64,000 bases of DNA from the NCBI GenBank assembly GCA_963666275.2, contig CAXXOA010000003.1, positions 160,001-224,000 of the forward strand, in the 5' to 3' direction. Made by a program: the position numbers and the translations under genes. Shown here one piece after another: positions 28,204-35,830 of the stretch (position 1 is its first letter; every line of letters starts with the position of its first letter). Origin of the DNA: Oceanispirochaeta sp. (lineage in GTDB: Bacteria > Spirochaetota > Spirochaetia > DSM-2461). Under the pieces are notes generated by a model. The model was given only the letters and a program-made list of their open reading frames with translations. It was not told the origin of the DNA and did no database searches.

Positions 28204-29526
28204 ATGGAGAAACCAGCCTTGAACGAATCTATGATGGATTTGATTCTGTCGCAAGATAACATGCGTGATGCCTGGAAACGGGTCAAACGCAACGGTGGAA
28301 GTCCGGGGATTGATGATATATCAATCTCTCAATTTCCTGATTACCTTAAAAATCGGTGGCCAAGAATCAAACGAGCTTTGCTCAATGGGTACTATGTACC
28401 TTCTCCGGTGCTGAGGGTGGAAATCCCGAAGAAATCCGGAGGCTGGTCGCAAACAAGTTTGCTGCTCGCCCATGCAACCGGGGGAAAACGGATGCTGGGA
28501 ATCCCGACAGTTCTAGACAGGGTTATCCAGCAGGCTATTTCACAGGTTCTGAATCCCATATTTGATCCGGATTTCTCGGAGCATAGCTATGGATTCAGAC
28601 CGGGAAGATCGGCTCACGGAGCAGTGAAACAGGTAAATCAACATGTCAAATCCGGGTATAGATACGCCGTGGATCTGGACTTGGAAAAGTTCTTTGATAC
28701 AGTTAATCATGATATCCTGATGCATTTTGTGGCTGTAAAAGTCTGGGACAAATCTGTCCTCAGACTCATCGGCCGTTACCTGAGAGCCGGTATTCAGTTG
28801 GACAATGGAAAAGTGATTCCTACAGACATCGGCACACCCCAAGGCGGGCCCTTATCACCTCTGCTTTCCAATATCCTCCTTGATCGGTTGGATATGGAAC
28901 TGGAGAGAAGAAATGTGAGGTTCGCACGGTATGCAGATGACACTATCCTTTTAACGAAGAGATTGTGTGATGCTAGGAAGATCCTACAGGAAGTTTCAAT
29001 ATTTCTGGTAAGGAAATTGAAATTGGTAGTGAATCAGGAGAAAACGAAAGTTGCAAAGATAAGGGAGTGCAGTTTCCTGGGATTCACATTCAAGGGTAAG
29101 AAGATTCGCTGGACAGAGTCGTCCTTTGAGGATTTTCGGTATCATCTGAAATATCTGACAAGGCGTTCCTGGGGTGTTTCCATGGAATACAGAATCGGGA
29201 AACTCAATGAGTATATCCGGGGCTGGATGAACTACTATGGGATCTCCCAATATTACAGCCCTATACAGAATCTTGATGACTGGCTCCGTAGGAGGATTCG
29301 CATGTGCTACTGGAAACAGTGGCGATATCCCAGAACGAAAGTCAGGAAACTGATGGAACTGGGAATTCCGAAAGATTTTGCCATTATCACCGGTGCCAGT
29401 AGTAAATCCTATTGGCATCTCTCCAAGTCTTACGCTACCAATGCAGCTATGTCCAATAAATGGCTGGAAGAGCAGGGATTGGTCAATATCAAATATCTGT
29501 GGTGTAAAGCCCAGGGATATATCTGA
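28204..29526 (+). CDS. ltrA: Group II intron reverse transcriptase/maturase (no endonuclease domain)
   Basis: R.LGIPTVLDR, SYGFRPGRS, DLEKFFD, GTPQGGPLSPLL, RYADD, FLGF, GWMNYY. Confidence 0.95.
   Translation: MEKPALNESMMDLILSQDNMRDAWKRVKRNGGSPGIDDISISQFPDYLKNRWPRIKRALLNGYYVPSPVLRVEIPKKSGGWSQTSLLLAHATGGKRMLGIPTVLDRVIQQAISQVLNPIFDPDFSEHSYGFRPGRSAHGAVKQVNQHVKSGYRYAVDLDLEKFFDTVNHDILMHFVAVKVWDKSVLRLIGRYLRAGIQLDNGKVIPTDIGTPQGGPLSPLLSNILLDRLDMELERRNVRFARYADDTILLTKRLCDARKILQEVSIFLVRKLKLVVNQEKTKVAKIRECSFLGFTFKGKKIRWTESSFEDFRYHLKYLTRRSWGVSMEYRIGKLNEYIRGWMNYYGISQYYSPIQNLDDWLRRRIRMCYWKQWRYPRTKVRKLMELGIPKDFAIITGASSKSYWHLSKSYATNAAMSNKWLEEQGLVNIKYLWCKAQGYI
28440..28481 (+). repeat. 42-nt in-frame mini-element in RT gene (also at 31622-31663)
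   Basis: CCGG-AGGCTGGTCGCAAACAAGTTTGCTGCTCGCCCATGCAA-CCGG; removal restores canonical PKKSGGKR. Confidence 0.75.
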
Positions 29527-29660
29527 TCAAATCAGGATTTCGTTTGCTCCATGGAGTGAACCGCCCCGTGCGGACCCGCATGCGGGGTGGTGTGGGGGCT
29601 GGAGGTTAAAAGCCTCCGGCTACCCGATTTATCTAGCCCTCATATTTTCTGTTCAGTAAT

Positions 29661-29981
29661 TTAAGATGTGAGTCTATAATCCAGAATATGTGGTTCTCTT
29701 TCTAACAACTCTAATAATATTTTTGTTGAACCTGTGGGTGTTCGTTTTCCCTGTTCCCATTGCCTAACCGATGATGCACTTACATTGAGTAATTTCGCAA
29801 ATACTGCCTGACTAAGATGTATTGATTCTCGTATTTTCTTTATATCTTCTGCTGAAACATTTACTTCAGGTATGTTAATTCCCAGTGATTTTAATTCCTT
29901 GTCAGTGAAGGATGTGGGAAGACCTGCATCGATTAGATCTTGTACAGTTTCGGCAATAGAATCTTTTATTGAATCTCTCAT
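29661..29981 (-). CDS. XRE/HTH antitoxin (HigA-like)
   Basis: IKKIRE...SQAVFAKLLNVS..SVRQWEQGKRTP.G. Confidence 0.88.
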   Translation of the reverse strand: MRDSIKDSIAETVQDLIDAGLPTSFTDKELKSLGINIPEVNVSAEDIKKIRESIHLSQAVFAKLLNVSASSVRQWEQGKRTPTGSTKILLELLEREPHILDYRLTS

Positions 29982-29982
29982 A

Positions 29983-30351
29983 CTATTCCCCTATTATCTG
30001 CAAAGCATTATTTTTTATGGCAGTATCTAGTTGCTTATTGTTCAAATTTAATAAATCTTTGCCAATTTTCTTGAAATACTCCAATTCTTTACTGGAGATA
30101 TTATCCATTTCATTCTTCGAAAAACCATATATAAATACAGCTCTGTCATTTTCTTTAAAGACCAGAATTGTCCTGAAACCTCCACTTTTACCGGAACCTT
30201 TCCTGGCGATTCTGACTTTGAATATATTGGATCCGAGTTTGACCGATGATAAATCTGATTCAAGATTACCGATAGCATCCTGAAGATTCTTATCAGCAAT
30301 ATCATTCTTTTTCGCCCATTTGGTGAACCATTTAGTTTTCAGTTTCTTCAC
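29983..30351 (-). CDS. RelE/ParE family toxin (HigB-like, toxin-first)
   Basis: KTKWF.KWA, KVRIAR.G.GKSGGFR, FIYGFSKNE..NI. Confidence 0.88.
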   Translation of the reverse strand: MKKLKTKWFTKWAKKNDIADKNLQDAIGNLESDLSSVKLGSNIFKVRIARKGSGKSGGFRTILVFKENDRAVFIYGFSKNEMDNISSKELEYFKKIGKDLLNLNNKQLDTAIKNNALQIIGE

Positions 30352-30359
30352 AATTCAAA

Positions 30360-30378
30360 TATAACACATTGTGGTATA
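30360..30378 (-). promoter_or_regulatory. Palindromic operator upstream of the TA toxin gene
   Basis: TATAACACA-T-TGTGGTATA near-palindrome just upstream of the start codon. Confidence 0.55.
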
Positions 30379-30676
30379 GCAGTCATGATCTATTTTAGTT
30401 TACTTATATGATTATTTATGTGATCCAATTCAGAAAGTAGTTTTTCATTGCTTTGGTATTATTCTGATTGTACAAACTCGGAGTGTTTTATTACTATCTC
30501 TTGCACCTGCGGTTTTCTATTTAAATGGATTGATCCAGGATAATGATGTTCATAGCATTCATTCCAATTCTCATGGTTATATCTATATATTTCTTCCATC
30601 TTCCGAAGGAAGATTTAAATGATTATAAATTTGAAGAGAGAATCAGTTTAGAAAAATCAATTATCTGATAGCCAAT

Positions 30677-30779
30677 GCTAGATAACGCCCGCATCAGCTG
30701 CAATTTTGTCCCGTAGGGTTGGCGACCTTATTGAGTATTCAAAAAGGGTGACAAAAAAATTGTCAGTTGCATGCGCTTG
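30677..30779 (-). repeat. attC site interrupted at its R'' core by intron 2
   Basis: GCTAGATAAC-gcccg-catcagctgcaatt...aattgtcagttgcatg-cgctt-G|TTATGTAT. Confidence 0.85.
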
Positions 30780-31385
30780 GTACGCCCGACATGGCAATAA
30801 ACTTATGAGGTGAAAGTCCTCTACAGCTACCCACGTATAGTAAACATGCTATACCAACTGTTAGCCGACGGCAAGGGCAATTCCGTGAGGAATTGTCTGG
30901 AGGAAGCCTGAGTGCAAAACCGGGAGCCCATGCACAAGAATGTGATAGAAGGCCCAGTTCCGGAGGCGAGTCAGCCAATGATGACGATGCCCCGTGGGTG
31001 AGGGATAGGGTAAATCACAGGGTTGTCCGGGGAATGTTTCTTGTCTTATTCGGGGAGATCTGTCTGCAAGGCGGTAACGTCGGTTTGACCGTGAGAATCC
31101 GGAGGATACCGGAGCAACAAGTCCAGGCCTATCAGGGGGTGACACTCTGATAAGGAGCCGTTTATACGGAACACAAAGAAGTCGTCACAGCGCTTCAAAC
31201 CGGATGATACAGCGTCAGCAGGAGTAATTCTACTGATAAGCGGACAGAAGTCAGCAGAAGGCATAGTAGCTAACGCCCGGAGTAATGTCCGGTTCATGGT
31301 GAAGGCCTGAACATTTCACAAGGAGGAGCCTTATGGTTCTCAAAGGAACAATTTCAGTTTATGCCGGAATCACTTTTGGCGGACC

Positions 31386-32732
31386 ATGGAGAAACCAGCC
31401 TTGAACGAATCTATGATGGATTTGATTTTATCCTCTGAGAATATGCACAAAGCCTGGAAACAGGTCAAACGCAATGGAGGTAGCCCTGGAATCGACGGTA
31501 TCACTGTCGAGAAGTTTCCAGGATATCTGAAAACCAGATGGCCTAGAATCAAACGAGCTTTGCTCAACGGGTACTATGTACCTTCTCCGGTGCTGAGGGT
31601 AGAAATCCCGAAGAAATCCGGAGGCTGGTCGCAAACAAGTTTGCTGCTCGCCCATGCAACCGGGGGAAAACGGATGCTGGGAATCCCGACAGTTCTAGAC
31701 AGGGTTATCCAGCAGGCTATTTCACAGGTTCTGAATCCCATATTTGATCCGGATTTCTCGGAGCATAGCTATGGATTCAGACCGGGAAGATCGGCTCACG
31801 GAGCAGTGAAACAGGTAAATCAACATGTCAAATCCGGGTATAGATACGCCGTGGATCTGGACTTGGAAAAGTTCTTTGATACAGTTAATCATGATATCCT
31901 GATGCATTTTGTGGCTGTAAAAGTCCGGGACAAATCTGTCCTCAGACTCATCGGCCGTTACCTGAGAGCCGGTATTCAGTTGGACAATGGAAAAGTGATT
32001 CCTACAGACATCGGCACACCCCAAGGCGGGCCCTTATCACCTCTGCTTTCCAATATCCTCCTTGATCGGTTGGATATGGAACTGGAGAGAAGAAATGTGA
32101 GGTTCGCACGGTATGCAGATGACACTATCCTTTTAACGAAGAGATTGTGTGATGCTAGGAAGATCCTACAGGAAGTTTCAATATTTCTGGTAAGGAAATT
32201 GAAATTGCTAGTGAATCAGGAGAAAACGAAAGTTGCAAAGATAAGGGAGTGCAGTTTCCTGGGATTCACATTCAAGGGTAAGAAGATTCGCTGGACAGAG
32301 TCGTCCTTTGAGGATTTTCGGTATCATCTGAAATATCTGACAAGGCGTTCCTGGGGTGTTTCCATGGAATACAGAATCGGGAAACTCAATGAGTATATCC
32401 GGGGCTGGATGAACTACTATGGGATCTCCCAATATTACAGCCCTATACAGAATCTTGATGACTGGCTCCGTAGGAGGATTCGCATGTGCTACTGGAAACA
32501 GTGGCGATATCCCAGAACGAAAGTCAGGAAACTGATGGAACTGGGAATTCCGAAAGATTTTGCCATTATCACCGGTGCCAGTAGTAAATCCTATTGGCAT
32601 CTCTCCAAGTCTTACGCTACCAATGCAGCTATGTCCAATAAATGGCTGGAAGAGCAGGGATTGGTCAATATCAAATATCTATGGTGTAAAGCCCAGGGAT
32701 ATATCGTAACCGTCAAAACTACAGGCCCTTGA
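31386..32732 (+). CDS. ltrA: Group II intron RT/maturase; last 8 aa derived from IS66 read-through
   Basis: Same motifs as intron 1 RT; IS inserted immediately before the native TGA. Confidence 0.93.
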   Translation: MEKPALNESMMDLILSSENMHKAWKQVKRNGGSPGIDGITVEKFPGYLKTRWPRIKRALLNGYYVPSPVLRVEIPKKSGGWSQTSLLLAHATGGKRMLGIPTVLDRVIQQAISQVLNPIFDPDFSEHSYGFRPGRSAHGAVKQVNQHVKSGYRYAVDLDLEKFFDTVNHDILMHFVAVKVRDKSVLRLIGRYLRAGIQLDNGKVIPTDIGTPQGGPLSPLLSNILLDRLDMELERRNVRFARYADDTILLTKRLCDARKILQEVSIFLVRKLKLLVNQEKTKVAKIRECSFLGFTFKGKKIRWTESSFEDFRYHLKYLTRRSWGVSMEYRIGKLNEYIRGWMNYYGISQYYSPIQNLDDWLRRRIRMCYWKQWRYPRTKVRKLMELGIPKDFAIITGASSKSYWHLSKSYATNAAMSNKWLEEQGLVNIKYLWCKAQGYIVTVKTTGP

Positions 32733-34260
32733 AAGCCCTTTTCTGAATAGCTTCCCGGTCACAGTTCCAGGGAAGCAGTTTTTCTTTGTCAAAATCATCT
32801 TCCATGACTGCGACCTGATCGAATATCCACCATAGATATCCATAGGGATTCAGATCATTCACTTTCGCCGTCTCAATCAAAGAGTAAAAGAGACTACTGG
32901 ATTTAGCACCCCTCGGAGATCCGGAGAACAGCCAGTTTTTCCGACCAACCACAAAAGGTTTAATCGCCCGTTCAGCGGCATTGTTATCCGGCGTCAGGTA
33001 GGGAGACTCAATAAAACGGACGATTTTCTCCCACTGGCCCAAGATATAGGCTATCGCTTTTCCCGTCGCCGTAGACGGCCTAACCTTTTCAGCCTTGTCA
33101 TCCAGCCAGGATTTGAGGTCATCCAGAAGCGGCTGAACCAGCTCTTTTCTCCTGTTCAAGAACTTCATATCATCCAAATGCTCATCCCGGAGATTACTTT
33201 CAATCCGGTAAATATCTCTGATTTTCTTTACAGCAATTTGAGCGCTTCCGGCTTTCTTTGAAGCCTTCGCGGCATCTACAAATTTCCGACGGGCATGTGC
33301 CAGACAACCGACATGAATGATATCTTCGTTGCCGTCCAGTGCCGTTTCATAAGCCTGATAGCCGTCAGTCTGGAGATATCCCGAATATCCCTCCAAAAAC
33401 GCCTTGGCATGCTGAGAACTTCTTGTTTCATGGTAGTCGTAGATCACAAGGGGTGAGTCCGGAGGCCCTCCCCGGGCAAGCCACATGTAGGATTTTGAGG
33501 TGTCCGGACGGTTTTCTTCTCCCAGAACCTGCACTGTGGTTTCATCCATCTGGATAACAGGGCCTTCTTTGATCTTCTTCCTAAACATATCCATAAGGAA
33601 TTGGAGCCTTTCTGCTGATTTATTTGTCCAATTGGACATGTCTTGGCGGCTGATATGAGCGCCGATACGCTCAAAGCGCTTCTCCTGCCTGTAAAACGGC
33701 AGATGATCACAGAACTTATTCACCAAGATAAAGGCTAAAAGCCCCGAAGTAACGATACTACCGGGAAGGATGGAAGGAGCCGCCGGGGCTACTCTGAAAA
33801 CCGGTTTGTCTTCATCACCGGAACCCTCACAGTTCCGGCAGGCATACTTGTAACGGATATGACGCTCCACGTATATCTGCTCGGGGATATGCTGAAGCCT
33901 TTCACTGACAATCTCATCAATCTTATCCAGTTGATGCCCGCAGCCGCAGATCTTTTCCTCTTCGGGAATGTCATGGATGATGTCCTCCCGGGGGATGTTG
34001 CTGTCCAAAGGCTTTCGTCCTGCCTTTGTTCGGCTATGTGCGGGAACTGTTATCTGATCATCTGCTGCGAATTCTTCCTCAGAAGGAGCCTCTTCTTCAA
34101 ACAGTTCCTTCTGGTTAGGATCGATTTTCTCGCTGGAACGTCCAAACTTGCGATGAAGAGCCAGGCGGAGTTCTTCTGTTAATTGCTCAATCTGACCAGA
34201 CATACTCTGGATGAGTTCAAGTGCTTTCTCTGGTGATTTTTGTATCTCCGCCAAGTCCAT
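32719..34260 (-). CDS. tnpC: IS66 transposase
   Basis: FGRSSEK, zinc finger, HLPFYRQ, MDET, GCLAHARRKF, DNNAAERAIK. Confidence 0.95.
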   Translation of the reverse strand: MDLAEIQKSPEKALELIQSMSGQIEQLTEELRLALHRKFGRSSEKIDPNQKELFEEEAPSEEEFAADDQITVPAHSRTKAGRKPLDSNIPREDIIHDIPEEEKICGCGHQLDKIDEIVSERLQHIPEQIYVERHIRYKYACRNCEGSGDEDKPVFRVAPAAPSILPGSIVTSGLLAFILVNKFCDHLPFYRQEKRFERIGAHISRQDMSNWTNKSAERLQFLMDMFRKKIKEGPVIQMDETTVQVLGEENRPDTSKSYMWLARGGPPDSPLVIYDYHETRSSQHAKAFLEGYSGYLQTDGYQAYETALDGNEDIIHVGCLAHARRKFVDAAKASKKAGSAQIAVKKIRDIYRIESNLRDEHLDDMKFLNRRKELVQPLLDDLKSWLDDKAEKVRPSTATGKAIAYILGQWEKIVRFIESPYLTPDNNAAERAIKPFVVGRKNWLFSGSPRGAKSSSLFYSLIETAKVNDLNPYGYLWWIFDQVAVMEDDFDKEKLLPWNCDREAIQKRAFKGL

Positions 34261-34301
34261 GAGAAAATTCTAACATGTTTGAATTCCATTGGGAAGATGG
34301 T

Positions 34302-34649
34302 TTAGACAATCTCTTCATAACTGAGAGTTTGATGAGTATGCCAGAAGTCAATACCTTCCAGGAGCATTTTCAACTGTTCCTGGGATATCTGCCTGGCTTG
34401 CTCTTCTGAATCCGGCCAGGGGTATTTTCCTTTTTCCAGGCGCTTCTGCCAGAGACAGAATCCGTTGCGATCCCAGTAAATGCACTTTATCAGCTTGCGG
34501 TCCCGGCTGCAAAAGAGGAAAAGGCAACCGGAACCAGGGTTAAGTTCCATTTCCTCCTGGGTGATAATGGATAAACCATTGACCTGTTTCCGCATATCGG
34601 TGATACCAGGTCTGACGTAGATTTGAATGCTGGTAAAATCCGGAATCAT
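34302..34649 (-). CDS. tnpB: IS66 accessory protein
   Basis: TDMRK..NGL, FLFC, YWD.NGF.LWQKRLE. Confidence 0.95.
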   Translation of the reverse strand: MIPDFTSIQIYVRPGITDMRKQVNGLSIITQEEMELNPGSGCLFLFCSRDRKLIKCIYWDRNGFCLWQKRLEKGKYPWPDSEEQARQISQEQLKMLLEGIDFWHTHQTLSYEEIV

Positions 34650-34984
34650 TTTAGGATCTCTTTTAAATCGGCGACAAGACGAATCAGCGAATGAGAATCG
34701 TAATCTGATGGAATATTGATCTTATGCCCGGAGGGGTATTCGATTGAAAATGGGCTTCCTGTAGACGCCTTCAAAACTACTGGAATCCTCACAAGCCCTT
34801 TTTCCTTCTCTACTGCTGATTCCTTGCGGATTTTCATTCTCCAATAGTCGAAGGTTGAAACGGGGATGCTATTCTTCAGGCAGAACTCTGTTCGGTTTAA
34901 ACTGCTCTTCTCCCATTCATTGATTTTTCGTTTCCAAATGTCTTTTTTTTCCATGCAGTAAATCTCCTTGTAGAAATTGTGCAT
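34646..34984 (-). CDS. tnpA: IS66 accessory HTH protein
   Basis: W..S.L...EFC....I..STF.YW. Confidence 0.85.
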   Translation of the reverse strand: MHNFYKEIYCMEKKDIWKRKINEWEKSSLNRTEFCLKNSIPVSTFDYWRMKIRKESAVEKEKGLVRIPVVLKASTGSPFSIEYPSGHKINIPSDYDSHSLIRLVADLKEILK

Positions 34985-35218
34985 GGAATTCAGATTACAT
35001 CGTAGGGCATAAGAAATTGACGGTTACGATATATCTGATCAAATCAGGATTTCGTTTGCTCCATGGAGTGAACCGCCCCGTGCGGACCCGCATGCGGGGT
35101 GGTGTGGGGGCTGGAGGTTAAAAGCCTCCGGCTACCCGATTTATGTATTTCTTTTTGGGAATCTCATTATTTGCATGTCTCACCCCTCATTTTTGGGTAA
35201 GATTTTGGAGTTATTTCA

Positions 35219-35830
35219 TCAGACTCCTTTGCTACTTAAGATAAATTCACAAATTTCATTATCATTCAGCATCTTATCTCGGTCGATTAATTTTATAGTT
35301 TCTGTTTTTGTAAAATAACTCTGTTTGATACTTTTCTGATTTTCGAAAACTTTAAGATACCCATTGTTAATGTCATCCCAATTCAATGTTTTTTCATAAA
35401 AAGAATTATCTTTACTAGCAAAAGGCCTACTTCTTGTCATTATGCAAATTGTCACATCATACTTGTCTTGCAGTTTTGAATAAAGCCTATGATGTATATC
35501 ATATATAAGCGATAACTCGAATTCATCTAAACCTGAAAGTTCCCCATAAATTAATGCGGAGATATAGCTACGATCCATTACTATATTAGTATCTGAATAA
35601 AGCATTGTTTCGTATAGATCAACGGTATGAGATATTGTGTGAAGAAGTTGCCGTTCAAATGGTGATATTGAAGTTTTTCCCTTTACAATACCACGTAGAA
35701 AACCTAGAGTATTACTTGCGCTTGGTTGCTGAAGAATAGAGGCATTTATCATTGTTGATAGTTGTTTAGAAATTGTAGATTTACCAAGATTATCGGCAGA
35801 TTCTAAAATCACTAGTTTATGTTTATCCAC
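35219..35830 (-). CDS. Thymidylate/deoxynucleoside-monophosphate kinase-like protein
   Basis: LVILESADNLGKST P-loop, ERQLL, VMDRSY.S.L.YG; GTG start 35830 overlapping the upstream stop. Confidence 0.8.
   Translation of the reverse strand: MDKHKLVILESADNLGKSTISKQLSTMINASILQQPSASNTLGFLRGIVKGKTSISPFERQLLHTISHTVDLYETMLYSDTNIVMDRSYISALIYGELSGLDEFELSLIYDIHHRLYSKLQDKYDVTICIMTRSRPFASKDNSFYEKTLNWDDINNGYLKVFENQKSIKQSYFTKTETIKLIDRDKMLNDNEICEFILSSKGV

Larger units (their letters stand above)
27455..29628 (+). mobile_element. Group II intron 1 (2174 nt), inserted in attC opposite to cassette orientation
   Basis: 5' GTACG, domain V GAACCGCCCCGTGCGGACCCGCATGCGGGGTGGTG, domain VI ending CCGAT; flanks rejoin to GCTTG|TTATCTAGC. 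Confidence 0.92.
32706..35027 (-). mobile_element. IS66 family element A, copy 1 (2322 bp)
   Basis: IRs GTAACCGTCA / TGACGGTTAC; 8-bp duplication GATATATC. Confidence 0.95.
30780..35140 (+). mobile_element. Group II intron 2 (2031 nt net) carrying a nested IS66
   Basis: Near-identical to intron 1; flanks rejoin to GCTTG|TTATGTAT. Confidence 0.92.

Noticed and set aside
30458..30599. 46-codon minus-strand ORF (MEEIYRYNHENW...) in the TA cassette leader
   Set aside because: Short, with no motif or clear RBS; cannot be supported without a homology search.
28204..32732. RT genes as retron, DGR or defence-associated RT linked to the TIR operon
   Set aside because: They have maturase-type C-termini, group II domain V/VI, GTACG...AT ends and clean exon rejoining. 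No msr/msd or TR/VR pair is seen.
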